Source of the DNA: Candidatus Staskawiczbacteria bacterium
GTDB taxonomy: Bacteria > Patescibacteriota > Minisyncoccia > Minisyncoccales > Staskawiczbacteraceae
DNA length: 44,566 bases
Reading direction: 5' to 3'
NCBI GenBank assembly: GCA_049513595.1
Contig: JBEKVX010000003.1
Coordinates: forward strand, 1 to 44,566
Part shown: positions 9,202 to 18,422 of the stretch, piece after piece
Position numbering within the stretch: position 1 is the stretch's first letter
Layout: each line of letters starts with the position of its first letter
The notes under the pieces: model-generated
Database searches by the model: none
The model's input: only the letters and a program-made list of their open reading frames with translations
Told to the model about the DNA's origin: nothing
Program-made: the position numbers and the translations under genes

Positions 9202-10356
9202 TTGTTAAAAATATTTAGCAAAGTTTTCATAGGGATAAAAAACGCCCTGCTTTCTGTAAAAGAGGCGTTAAAATTGTTTGATTTAAGAGGATTGCACAAA
9301 AATCCTTTGTTTTTATTTGGTCTCGCCTGTTTTATTCTTTTTGGTTTTATGTACGCTTCATGCGGCAGCTCGTCTGGCATAAATGGTTTAAACAACAGCC
9401 GCGTTGTATTTTTTAATTCTTTTTTTAATAGAGCCAGCAATTTAAATGCAGACACTTTGTTTTCCAGCCCGGCAAACGCGGTTCCTTTGGAAACTCCGGA
9501 TTTAAAAATAGTTCAAGACAATACTCTTTGCGCAATTTCAACTCCATGCATTGTTTCCGGAAAGGTTTTGGGAGATGCATTTGGTTCAAATAATCAAAAC
9601 AAAAAAGATGTGGTTGACTACACGGTTCAGCCGGGAGACACTTTGCAGTCAATTGCCGACTCTTATAATATATCCATTAATACTCTGCTTTGGGCAAACG
9701 ACATGACATCTTCTTCAACAATAAAAGTTGGACAGAGCTTAACTGTGCTGCCAATAGATGGTGTTTTGCACGTTGTAAAATCTGGAGACACCATTTCAGG
9801 AATTGCCCAAACATATAAAGCGCAGTCAGATGATATAATTTCCTACAATGATTTGGCTAATCAAGATGACATTTATATTGGTGACATTTTAATTGTACCG
9901 GGAGGCGTAATGCCGAAGAAAGCAGCGCCCCTGATGAGCAATCAGGTTCCTTTGGCTGACAACTTCTTTATTTTTCCGACGCAGGGACGCATCACTCAGG
10001 GGCTTCACTACTTTAACGCTGTAGATACCGCCAACAAATGCGGGACTCCGATTTATGCAGCAGCGGCTGGCGTTGTGCAGAGAGCGCTTTCAAATGGCGG
10101 ATGGAATATGGGCATGGGAAATTACATAACAATTTTACACAGCAATGGAACAGTTACTTATTATGGCCATTTGATGGCTTTGCTGGTAAAGCCAGGAGAT
10201 AAAGTTTATACTGGCCAGAACATTGCTTTGATGGGCGGAGCTCCGGGTATGGCTGGGGCTGGCGACTCCACGGGTTGCCATCTGCACTTTGAAGTAATTG
10301 GCGCCAGAAATCCTTTGGCAGCATATCCAGTTGGTTCAAATATAAGCTACAAATAA
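9202..10356 (+). CDS. LysM-repeat M23 family peptidase
   Basis: Two LysM repeats (YTVQPGDTLQSIA, HVVKSGDTISGIA) and M23 motifs H..VD, YGHL, STGCHLHFE. Confidence 0.9.
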   Translation: MLKIFSKVFIGIKNALLSVKEALKLFDLRGLHKNPLFLFGLACFILFGFMYASCGSSSGINGLNNSRVVFFNSFFNRASNLNADTLFSSPANAVPLETPDLKIVQDNTLCAISTPCIVSGKVLGDAFGSNNQNKKDVVDYTVQPGDTLQSIADSYNISINTLLWANDMTSSSTIKVGQSLTVLPIDGVLHVVKSGDTISGIAQTYKAQSDDIISYNDLANQDDIYIGDILIVPGGVMPKKAAPLMSNQVPLADNFFIFPTQGRITQGLHYFNAVDTANKCGTPIYAAAAGVVQRALSNGGWNMGMGNYITILHSNGTVTYYGHLMALLVKPGDKVYTGQNIALMGGAPGMAGAGDSTGCHLHFEVIGARNPLAAYPVGSNISYK

Positions 10357-10359
10357 TTT

Positions 10360-10399
10360 TAAAAACAAAAACGGGGCAAATGCCCCGTTTTTGTTTTTA
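10360..10399. terminator. Bidirectional intrinsic terminator
   Basis: Perfect inverted repeat TAAAAACAAAAACGGGGC-AAAT-GCCCCGTTTTTGTTTTTA between convergent genes. Confidence 0.85.
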
Positions 10400-11920
10400 G
10401 TTCTCTCTGATTCTGTACATTAATGCCTCGGCGATGTGCTCATATTGGATGTTTTCAGAATCAGCCAGGTCAGCAATTGTTCTGGCAACTTTTAAAATTC
10501 TGTGATAACCCCTGGCTGATAATTTTCCAGAATCAACATATTTTTTTAGAAGATTTTGCGACTTGTCATCGTGCCCGCAATACTTTTTAATTTCAGGAAT
10601 ATTCATTTCCGAATTTGTTAAAATGCGTTCGTTCTCAAATCTCTGTTTTTGTTTTTCTCTGGCTTTTTCAATTTTTTCTCTTATCAAACCGCTTTGATTT
10701 TGAGAATTATTGGACGCTAATTTTTCATATTTTACCGCCGGCACTTCAATGAACAAATCCACCCTGTCCATTAAGGGTCCGGACATTTTCCTTCTGTACA
10801 TTGCTACTTGCGAAGGGGTGCAGGTGCAATTTTTTTCAGGGTCGTTGAGGTATCCGCAAGGGCACGGATTTGAGGCGGCCACCAGCATAAAACGTGAAGG
10901 CAAAACAAAATTATATTTTGCCCGGGACACAGAAATTTTTCCGTCTTCAATGGGTTGGCGCAATGATTCCAAAACATCTTTGTGAAATTCCGGAAACTCG
11001 TCTAAAAATAAAACCCCGCGGTGGGCTAAAGTTATTTCCCCAAGTTTTAACGGGCTTCCGCCGCCGATTAATGCAACGTCAGAAATAACGTGGTGCGGCG
11101 AACGAAACGGCCTGGCATTTATAATCGCCTGATTTTCTGAAAGCAGTCCGGCGGCAGAGTAAATTTTTGTAACTTCCAGCGCCTCGGCAAAATTGAGTCG
11201 TGGCAGAATTGACGGCAATGCCTTTGCCAGCAAACTTTTTCCTCCTCCCGGCGGTCCAAACATAAATAAATTATGTCCGCCGGCAGCCGTAATTTCCAAC
11301 GCGCGTTTTGCATATTCTTGCCCTTTAACCCAGCCAATGTCAACTTGGTTGTCGGAATCCAAAAAAATTTTCTCTTCTTTAAATTCTGTTCCTAAAATTT
11401 CTTTTCTGCCTTCTATATAAGCCAATGTCTCTGGCAAGGAATCAACGCCAACAATTTTTATTTCTTTTATCAAACTGGCTTCTCTGGCATTCTGTTTCGG
11501 TAAAACTATTTCTTTAAATCCCAATTTTTTTGCCATTGATGCAAAAGACAAGGCGCCTTTTATCGGCCTTAATTTTCCATCCAAAGAAAGTTCACCTAAA
11601 AATATTTTGTCAGTTGCATTAAAACTTGTTTGTTTTGACGCAATTAAAAATGCCAAGGCAATTGGCAAATCATAAATTGAGCCCTCTTTTTTTAAATCAG
11701 CCGGCGCCAAATTTACCAAAACCTTAAAAGTTCTTCCATGCGGCGACAATAATTTTGCGCTTTTAATTGCCGAGTCAACCCTTTCTTCTGATTCTTTTAC
11801 GGCTTTGTCGGGCAATCCAACAATAGAAAAAGACCGCAGCCCTTGCGACACGTCAATTTCCACTTCAACAAGTTGCGCGTCTAATCCATTTATTGCTCCT
11901 GAAAAAACTTTACTCGGCAT
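10397..11920 (-). CDS. comM: ComM/YifB Mg-chelatase-like AAA ATPase
   Basis: IVGLPD..VKES, NLAPADLKKEG, GPPGGGKS, RPFRSPHH, LFLDEFPEF, NPCPCG. Confidence 0.93.
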   Translation of the reverse strand: MPSKVFSGAINGLDAQLVEVEIDVSQGLRSFSIVGLPDKAVKESEERVDSAIKSAKLLSPHGRTFKVLVNLAPADLKKEGSIYDLPIALAFLIASKQTSFNATDKIFLGELSLDGKLRPIKGALSFASMAKKLGFKEIVLPKQNAREASLIKEIKIVGVDSLPETLAYIEGRKEILGTEFKEEKIFLDSDNQVDIGWVKGQEYAKRALEITAAGGHNLFMFGPPGGGKSLLAKALPSILPRLNFAEALEVTKIYSAAGLLSENQAIINARPFRSPHHVISDVALIGGGSPLKLGEITLAHRGVLFLDEFPEFHKDVLESLRQPIEDGKISVSRAKYNFVLPSRFMLVAASNPCPCGYLNDPEKNCTCTPSQVAMYRRKMSGPLMDRVDLFIEVPAVKYEKLASNNSQNQSGLIREKIEKAREKQKQRFENERILTNSEMNIPEIKKYCGHDDKSQNLLKKYVDSGKLSARGYHRILKVARTIADLADSENIQYEHIAEALMYRIREN

Positions 11921-11942
11921 ATTCAGGCATTATATCATAAAT

Positions 11943-11974
11943 AAAAAACCCGAGAAATAACCCCGGGTTTTTTT
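11943..11974. terminator. Intrinsic terminator
   Basis: AAAAAACCCG...CGGGTTTTTT just downstream of the DksA-like gene. Confidence 0.65.
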
Positions 11975-11979
11975 AATTT

Positions 11980-12339
11980 CTATTTTTCGTTGCACCTAAG
12001 GCAGGTTCTGGCTTCGGGGCAGGCGAGCAATCTTTCTTCGGTAATTTTTTTGCCGCATTTTTCGCAAATTCCATAAGTCCCCTTTTCAATTTTTTCTAAA
12101 GCCATGTTCACATCTTTTAGTTTTAACTCCAAACTATATTCCAAAGAAAGCGCGTTATCGTATTCCTGAACCTCATCTGCCTCCTCGTCTTTGTCGCCAT
12201 CTTCCCTGTTTGGATATCTTGTATCCCAATTATGTTTTAAATTTGGGTCTTCTGACGCAAAACTTTCCAATTCTTTTTTAATTGATTTTTTTTCAGATTC
12301 TAATTTTGTTTTTAGCTCGTCAATTAATTTTTTATCCAT
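11980..12339 (-). CDS. TraR/DksA C4-type zinc finger protein
   Basis: GTYGICEKCG..I..ERL.A.P.ARTCLRC. Likely start ATG 12339 (MDKKL), directly after the upstream stop. Confidence 0.85.
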   Translation of the reverse strand: MDKKLIDELKTKLESEKKSIKKELESFASEDPNLKHNWDTRYPNREDGDKDEEADEVQEYDNALSLEYSLELKLKDVNMALEKIEKGTYGICEKCGKKITEERLLACPEARTCLRCNEK

Positions 12340-12340
12340 G

Positions 12341-13360
12341 TTATTGTATATCACTTTTTTGTTGCGGCTGACCTTTTGTCTGGCTTGCCTGCTCCACGTC
12401 TTGCAAAAACTTTTTTCTTTGTTCATCTTCTGCAGTAAATGATTTTGTCATAATTTTTTTGGCTGGAACCGGAATCTGCGCCACACTTTTTTGCGCAGGT
12501 GCTGTTGGATGGGACCATTGCTGCCTTTGAACTTTTTCATTTTCTTCTGCTCTTATTTTCGCCAGCGCTTCTCTCTTGGCTATCTGCTCTTGGCTTTGGC
12601 CCCTTCTTTTTTCTTCTTCCCTGGCCATAACAGCGGAATAAATTTCTCTTAACGACTTGTCAGCGCCCAAAATTTTATCCCGTAAGCCATTTTTTTCTGT
12701 CACAAGCATATCTGAATTTCTATCTATCTGGCTTACTTTGGCGTCAAAATCCTGAATTTGTTTTTCTGCCTCCCATCTCTTTTTTTCCACATCTTGTATT
12801 TCTTTATCTAAATCCCATCTCCTTGATTCCAAGCCCTTTCTTTCAGATGGGATAGTTGTTGTTTGAGATTTTTCTGCAATAAATTTTTGCTCGTCTTCTA
12901 ATTTTTTTTCCTGTTCCAAAATTGCATTTAATTTTGCCTGCCAGTCGCGTTTTTGCAATAATATTTTATTTTTTTCTAATTTTAGCGCAGGATCCTTTTC
13001 CTTGTCAATTGAGTCAATCTGTTTTTCAAAACCCAGGCGCTGGGATTCCAATAAAAATATCTGCTGGCGTTCTTGTTCGGTTGCATAATTTTTCAAGTCT
13101 TTTTCAGCTATTTTTTCCTGTCCTTCATTTTTTGTCAGAACTTCTTCTCTGCCAACTTTTTCTTGTCTGGCTTGCGCTTCTTTTGCAATTTCCATTTTTC
13201 TTTCTTCCAGCTGCTCTTCCAAAGTTTTTATTGTGGCAATTTTGTCTCTTTCTTTTAACGAATCAACCTCTCTTAATGCCAAGAGGTCTTTTTTCATAGT
13301 CCTGATTTCCGCCCGTTTCAGAAATTCTTTGGCTTGTGTTTCTTCTGCTTGCGTCGGCAT
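12341..13360 (-). CDS. Hypothetical coiled-coil protein
   Basis: E/K/Q-rich heptad sequence with an IRTMKKD N-terminal motif. Confidence 0.75.
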   Translation of the reverse strand: MPTQAEETQAKEFLKRAEIRTMKKDLLALREVDSLKERDKIATIKTLEEQLEERKMEIAKEAQARQEKVGREEVLTKNEGQEKIAEKDLKNYATEQERQQIFLLESQRLGFEKQIDSIDKEKDPALKLEKNKILLQKRDWQAKLNAILEQEKKLEDEQKFIAEKSQTTTIPSERKGLESRRWDLDKEIQDVEKKRWEAEKQIQDFDAKVSQIDRNSDMLVTEKNGLRDKILGADKSLREIYSAVMAREEEKRRGQSQEQIAKREALAKIRAEENEKVQRQQWSHPTAPAQKSVAQIPVPAKKIMTKSFTAEDEQRKKFLQDVEQASQTKGQPQQKSDIQ

Positions 13361-13377
13361 AAAATTAATTTAATTAT

Positions 13378-14154
13378 TTATTGTTGCGGCGGGCAGGCTT
13401 CTTGCTTCGTAGAAACTATTTTCCCATCGTTATATTTATCTATGGTAATTCTGGGATTTCCGTCATTCATAATATTATCGGGACAACAATGTTTTTCTTC
13501 ATCTTGAGTAAGAGCATACCCTCCATTTATAAAAGAGAAAATTTTTCGGCTAGAGACCATACCCACGCATCCTCCGCTCATATCAGTTGAGATTGTTTTT
13601 GCGGTTGCATCAAAAACTGGGTCGACGAGATTTTGCAACACCGGATCTTTTTCAAATTTTCCTGTTGAAGGATCATAAATGTAAAAATCGAAAATTCCCG
13701 GATTATCGGCTGGTATAAATGTAAGAACTTGCAAATCTTTATATCCGTCAAAATTAATGTCATTATCCGACGAAACAACATCTTTGATTTGCGGATTGCT
13801 ATTCCAATTAAATATATCTTCATTTAAGGGAATTTTTTGAATTAATGCTCCAGAGTTTTCATCAGTTATTTCAATATTTTTATTAACTATGCGGATCAAA
13901 ATCTCGTGGTTACCAATATTAAATGTTTCGTTGGTTGGGTTTGTGTTTGCAGTTTGGTTTGTTGTCGGTTCGCCCGCGAGGGGAAATGGCTTATTAAGAA
14001 TTTGTTGAGCTGACAAGGAAGGAGAGGCAACAGGAAATTTTATCTGCTTTAAAGCAAAATATTGATAGGTAAAAACACCGCCAAAAAGAATTACAATTTC
14101 AACGAGAATAATTATAATGCCGGTTAAAGTTGAAGTTCCTTTTTGCTTTTGCAT
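13378..14154 (-). CDS. Membrane-anchored/secreted protein with pilin-like N-terminus and DxNFDG motif (XAC2610-related-like)
   Basis: MQKQKG-TSTL followed by a hydrophobic helix. DINFDGYKDL, YDPSTGKF, several Cys. Confidence 0.55.
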   Translation of the reverse strand: MQKQKGTSTLTGIIIILVEIVILFGGVFTYQYFALKQIKFPVASPSLSAQQILNKPFPLAGEPTTNQTANTNPTNETFNIGNHEILIRIVNKNIEITDENSGALIQKIPLNEDIFNWNSNPQIKDVVSSDNDINFDGYKDLQVLTFIPADNPGIFDFYIYDPSTGKFEKDPVLQNLVDPVFDATAKTISTDMSGGCVGMVSSRKIFSFINGGYALTQDEEKHCCPDNIMNDGNPRITIDKYNDGKIVSTKQEACPPQQ

Positions 14155-14165
14155 ATTTTTGATTT

Positions 14166-16352
14166 TTATCTCCTGAAAAATCCTCTTTTTTGCGGCCGAT
14201 CTTGGCTTGCACGCACACGGGACTCAATATTTTTTTCTGGTTTAAATCCTGCGTCAATTGCCGAAAGATTTATTCTGCCCTGGTCATCAATGCCGGTTAC
14301 TTTTACCGGAATTTTATCTCCTTCTTTTACAACATCTGAGACCCTTTCAATTCTTTGCGGAACAAATTTTGAAATGTGAACCAATCCAGATTGTCCAGGC
14401 AGAATATCAACAAATGCGCCAAAGTCCATAATTTTTCTGACAACGCCCTGATATATTTTTCCAACTTCAACCTCTTCCACAATTCCTTTTATCCAATTTG
14501 CAGCTTTGTCCACATCTTTCTGATTTTGTCCGGTGACCGAAACCAATCCCGAATCCTCAATATCAATTGCCACTCCACCGCATTCCGCAATTATTTTATT
14601 TATCATACTTCCTTTCGGTCCAACCACTTCTCCAATTTTTGAAGGGTTAATCATCATTGAAAATATTTTCGGCGCGTATGGCGACAATTCTTTTCTTGGT
14701 TCTGGTATTTCTTTCTTTATTATATCAAGAATTTTCAATCTTGCATCTTTTGCGCGGTCCAGCGCTTCTTCCATAATTTTTTTATCAATGCCGTCAATTT
14801 TGATATCCATCTGAATTGCGGTAATTCCATTTTTTGTTCCAGCAACCTTAAAATCCATGTCTCCATAGTGGTCTTCCGGTCCCTGAATATCTGTTAGCAC
14901 TTTATATTTTCCCGATTCTTCGTCTTTTGCCAAACCAATGGAAATTCCGGCAACCGGCTCTTTAATTGGAACTCCTGCATCCATTAAAGCAATGCAAGCG
15001 GCGCAAACAGATGCTTGCGACGTTGAGCCATTTGACGAAACAACTTCAGAAACAATTCTAATTGTGTAAGAAAATTTTTCAACTTCCGGCAACATTGGCA
15101 GCAATGCCTTTTCCACCAAAGCGCCGTGTCCAATTTCCCTTCTTTTCGGACCGCGCATCGGAGCTGTTTCTCCTGAGGAAAATGGAGGAAAATTATAGTG
15201 GTGCATAAATCTTTTTTTACCAACAATTTCCATGCCTTCCAAAACTTGCTGGTCGCCAGGTCCGCCCAAAGTTAAAACAGAAAGCACTCTTGTCAGTCCC
15301 CTGTAAAAGACACCAGAGCCGTGAACTCTCGGCAAAACGCCAACTTCGCAGGACAAAGGCCTTATCTCGGTTGATTTTCTTCCGTCTGGTCTTTTATCTT
15401 TTTCTACAATATTTTTGATAATTATTTTTTCAATTTCTTTTTCGAAAAAAGCCAAAACCTGTTTTGATTTTTCTTCATTGGGATATTTTTCTGATAAATA
15501 TTTTACCAATTCTTCTTTTAAAATTTCAGTTGCTCCAAGATTTTTTTCCGACTTCGGCGCGTTGTTAATTGCTTTTTCCAATTTGTCGCCCAGCCATTCT
15601 TTTATTTCATTTTCAATATCCAGCTCAACAGCCGGCTCAAAAATATCTTTTTCTTTTCCAATTTTTTTAACTGCTTCAACTTGAACTTCAATAATTTTTT
15701 TAAGTTCCTTTTTGGCAACTTCGTATGCCTCCAAAACATCTTTTTCCGAAACTTCTTTTGCTCCCATTTCAATCATATTTACCAAAATGTCGTTATCCAT
15801 TTCTATCGCTGACAAAGTTAAATCCATTTCGCTTTCTTTTTTTTGAGCATATGTCGGATTGAATACCCAGTCCCCATTAATTTTGCTAACTCTTATTGCT
15901 CCCAAAGGTCCGTTCCAAGGAATATTTGAAGTTGCCAAAGCAAAACTGGCGCCAATCATTGCCAAAATATCCGGGTCATTTTCTCCGTCCCACGAAAGAC
16001 AAGTTACAACAACCTGAACTTCTTTTTTAAAGTCCTTTGGAAATAACGGTCTAATCGCGCGGTCAATCATTCTGGCATTTAAAGTTGCTTCTTCTGTCGG
16101 CCTGCTTTCTCTTTTCATAAACCTTGAGCCATAAATTTTTCCTGCAGCATAAAATCTTTCCTCGTATTCAACTGTTAAGGGAAAATAATCTATTTCCGGC
16201 CTGGAAAACGGACTCAAAACAGCAGTTACCAAAACTTCTGTTTCTCCGCAAGAAACCAAACAAGAACCCGATGCCTGCTCGGTCCAGTTGGTAGTTTTAA
16301 TTGTGATTGGCTTTGAGCCAACCTTTATCTCAAACGTATCTTTTACTGCCAT
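14166..16352 (-). CDS. pnp: Polyribonucleotide nucleotidyltransferase
   Basis: FPLTVEYEE, RREIGHG, SNGSTS, DMDFKVAG, plus KH and S1 domains. Confidence 0.97.
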   Translation of the reverse strand: MAVKDTFEIKVGSKPITIKTTNWTEQASGSCLVSCGETEVLVTAVLSPFSRPEIDYFPLTVEYEERFYAAGKIYGSRFMKRESRPTEEATLNARMIDRAIRPLFPKDFKKEVQVVVTCLSWDGENDPDILAMIGASFALATSNIPWNGPLGAIRVSKINGDWVFNPTYAQKKESEMDLTLSAIEMDNDILVNMIEMGAKEVSEKDVLEAYEVAKKELKKIIEVQVEAVKKIGKEKDIFEPAVELDIENEIKEWLGDKLEKAINNAPKSEKNLGATEILKEELVKYLSEKYPNEEKSKQVLAFFEKEIEKIIIKNIVEKDKRPDGRKSTEIRPLSCEVGVLPRVHGSGVFYRGLTRVLSVLTLGGPGDQQVLEGMEIVGKKRFMHHYNFPPFSSGETAPMRGPKRREIGHGALVEKALLPMLPEVEKFSYTIRIVSEVVSSNGSTSQASVCAACIALMDAGVPIKEPVAGISIGLAKDEESGKYKVLTDIQGPEDHYGDMDFKVAGTKNGITAIQMDIKIDGIDKKIMEEALDRAKDARLKILDIIKKEIPEPRKELSPYAPKIFSMMINPSKIGEVVGPKGSMINKIIAECGGVAIDIEDSGLVSVTGQNQKDVDKAANWIKGIVEEVEVGKIYQGVVRKIMDFGAFVDILPGQSGLVHISKFVPQRIERVSDVVKEGDKIPVKVTGIDDQGRINLSAIDAGFKPEKNIESRVRASQDRPQKRGFFRR

Positions 16353-16359
16353 ATTATTT

Positions 16360-16444
16360 TTGCGTGGCAGGAGTACAAATGCATGCCGTTAACACAAATT
16401 TTTATTTGTATCATCAGTATGAATTAGTACGCCTGGCTCCGCAA
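16360..16444 (-). promoter_or_regulatory. Long imperfect hairpin in the pnp leader
   Basis: Arms 16360-16399 and 16404-16444 pair in register around a 4-nt loop with isolated mismatches, ending 7 nt upstream of the pnp ATG. Confidence 0.7.
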
Positions 16445-16465
16445 TTAATTATTTTTTTTGATAAC

Positions 16466-16678
16466 TTACATCAACTTTCCGCTACATAATATTTCCGCTG
16501 AAATGGTCAATAAGTAAAGGTATGCAAAAGTTAATATTATGCCAAGAACTATGTAGAATCCAGCCCTAATACCTAACAGCATTTTTGTTTTTCTTTTGTA
16601 TAAAGTCCAAATCCCCAAAAGTATTAAAGCGATGCCCGGAAGAAAAGGAAGAAAGGCGTTGAGAGCTACAGAACACAT
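16466..16678 (-). CDS. Small membrane protein (2 TM)
   Basis: 70-aa hydrophobic ORF starting 4 nt after the NYN stop. Confidence 0.55.
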   Translation of the reverse strand: MCSVALNAFLPFLPGIALILLGIWTLYKRKTKMLLGIRAGFYIVLGIILTFAYLYLLTISAEILCSGKLM

Positions 16679-16682
16679 AATT

Positions 16683-17189
16683 TTATTTCTTCAATAAAAA
16701 TTTTGTCAGGCCGTCGTCCAAATCAATAAATTCATCGGCAGCTTCAATTAATTTTCCGGAGGTTGTTTTTCCAAATGCCATTACTTCAACTCTTTTGCCT
16801 TGATTTTTTAGATATTCAACCAAAGCAATAAAATCTCCATCGCCGGAAACCAAAACAATTACATCAAGTCCGGGAGCAGTTCTGATGGCGTCAATTACAA
16901 TTCCAACATCCCAGTCGGCTTTTTTTGCTCCGCCATAAAATTCCTGCAAGTCCCTCACTCTTGTTTCAATTCCAATTTTTGACAAAGCATCAAAAAACGG
17001 CGTTTCTTCGCCTGTTTTGGTTCTCACAACATAACCAAAGGCGCGGATAAACTTTCTGCCCGCCACCGCTTGTTTTAAGACCTCCTGAAAATTAACCCTT
17101 GCGTGGTAAAGATTTTTTGCCGAGTGATATAAATTCTGAACGTCAATTAAAACCTCTACTCTTTGTTCTTTTGGTTTTGGCTGTTGCAT
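16683..17189 (-). CDS. NYN domain (LabA/DUF88) PIN-fold nuclease
   Basis: IDVQNLY, KKADWDV, LVSGDGDF, GKRVEV, ADEFIDL. Confidence 0.9.
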   Translation of the reverse strand: MQQPKPKEQRVEVLIDVQNLYHSAKNLYHARVNFQEVLKQAVAGRKFIRAFGYVVRTKTGEETPFFDALSKIGIETRVRDLQEFYGGAKKADWDVGIVIDAIRTAPGLDVIVLVSGDGDFIALVEYLKNQGKRVEVMAFGKTTSGKLIEAADEFIDLDDGLTKFLLKK

Positions 17190-17195
17190 TAATTT

Positions 17196-17465
17196 CTATT
17201 TTCTTAACCCAATTTTTTTAATAATGGACGAATATCTTTTCTCAGATATTTTTTTCAAATAGGTCAAAAGTTTTTTTCTTTTTATGACCATTGTTATCAA
17301 TCCCTTTTTTGAATGTACATCCTGAGGATGCTTTTTCAAATGCAAAACCAGCTTGTCAATTTCTTTTGATAGCAAAGCAATCTGAACCTCCGAAGAGCCG
17401 GTGTCTTTTTCGTCATTTCCAACTTCCTTTATAATTTTTGTTTTTTCTTTTGTGGTTAAAGCCAT
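17196..17465 (-). CDS. rpsO: 30S ribosomal protein S15
   Basis: DTGSSEVQIALL, HLKKH..D.HS..GL..MV.KR. Confidence 0.97.
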   Translation of the reverse strand: MALTTKEKTKIIKEVGNDEKDTGSSEVQIALLSKEIDKLVLHLKKHPQDVHSKKGLITMVIKRKKLLTYLKKISEKRYSSIIKKIGLRK

Positions 17466-17512
17466 ATGCGCGAATTTTTAATTTAAAATTTTTAATTTTT
17501 AATAATATTGAT

Positions 17513-17541
17513 AGTATACTCTATTTTTTTAATTTTGACAA
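17513..17541 (-). promoter_or_regulatory. Sigma70 promoter of rpsO operon
   Basis: Minus strand TTGTCA, 17-nt spacer, TATACT. Confidence 0.6.
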
Positions 17542-17542
17542 G

Positions 17543-17615
17543 TGCCCCCGTTGGGACTCGAACCCAAAACCAATTCGTTAAGAGCGAACTGCTCTACCAG
17601 TTGAGCTACGGAGGC
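17543..17615 (-). tRNA. tRNA-Lys(CTT)
   Basis: GCCTCCG/CGGGGGC acceptor stem, anticodon loop CTCTTAA, T-loop TTCGAGT. Confidence 0.93.
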
Positions 17616-17620
17616 AATAT

Positions 17621-18343
17621 TTAAATATTAATTGCTCGCGAAACTTCCGTTAATTTATGCCATTCTTTCTGCGTTATTACAACCTCGGAATTTACCTCTT
17701 TCATAATTTCTTTTATCCAGCCAAAAATTTTATATCTTGCGTCAGTCCCTTTTGGGACTCTCACACTTATTGTTCCGTAATATAAATTATTTTTTTTATA
17801 ATTTTTATTTAATGGCTTAATAAAACTTTTGCCAAACCTTTCTATGGGAATGTTTGTTAGTTGCGACCAAAACTGTTTTATTTCTAAATCGTTTTGTTGA
17901 GGATAAATATTCAGCCAAGCTTTTAAATCTTTCGGCGCGATACCAAATATTTTTTCAAACCACCTAACCATAAATAAAATAAGATGAGGGTCAGAGTTTG
18001 TAATATTTAAGCCATTAGTTTTGCTTCCCTCTGCCCAATACAATGCCGCCCCCAAAATTTTATAGGTTTCTGCTGCAACAGGATTGTGGATTTCTTTTCC
18101 CGCTTCTTCTAATATTTTATCTATTTCCCTTTTTCTTCTTTCCTTTTGACTTTGCGCTCCTCTTGCCAAAATTGTTATGTTGTTAGTATAGAGCCGTTTT
18201 CTTTGCTCTTCTGTTAATAACACTTCCTTTAACCAATAACTTAACGTGCTTTTTGAAATGCTTAGTTTTTTTGCAATTTCTCCATAACTAAGCCCGTTTT
18301 TTCTAAGCTTTATTGCTTTTGTTTTTGAAAGATTATTTTTCAT
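17621..18343 (-). CDS. N-terminal HTH + single LAGLIDADG-like domain protein
   Basis: HTH (AIKLRKNGLSYGEIAKKLSISKSTLSYWL). GAALYWAEGS resembles the LAGLIDADG helix and is followed by ITNSDP, FW and YGT motifs. Confidence 0.65.
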   Translation of the reverse strand: MKNNLSKTKAIKLRKNGLSYGEIAKKLSISKSTLSYWLKEVLLTEEQRKRLYTNNITILARGAQSQKERRKREIDKILEEAGKEIHNPVAAETYKILGAALYWAEGSKTNGLNITNSDPHLILFMVRWFEKIFGIAPKDLKAWLNIYPQQNDLEIKQFWSQLTNIPIERFGKSFIKPLNKNYKKNNLYYGTISVRVPKGTDARYKIFGWIKEIMKEVNSEVVITQKEWHKLTEVSRAINI

Positions 18344-18387
18344 ACTTCCATTATATCACACAGGGGAGCCGAACTACAAGATGTTTG

Positions 18388-18403
18388 ATTGAGCTATGAG
18401 GGC
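18388..18403 (-). pseudogene. tRNA 5' fragment (acceptor 5' strand + D-stem)
   Basis: GCCCTCATAGCTCAAT is 12/16 identical to the first 16 nt of the downstream tRNA-Lys (GCCTCCGTAGCTCAAC). Both are preceded by TT. Confidence 0.65.
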
Positions 18404-18422
18404 AAGCAAATTTTTATTATTG

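Noticed and set aside
12340-12426. Apparent overlap of the DksA-like ORF with the coiled-coil gene
   Set aside because: This is an artefact of longest-ORF calling. ATG 12339 gives a normal-length protein with no overlap.
18344-18403. A complete second tRNA or an intron-split tRNA upstream of the HTH-LAGLIDADG-like gene
   Set aside because: There is no anticodon arm or matching 3' acceptor strand, the downstream tRNA-Lys is complete on its own, and no group I intron core is visible.
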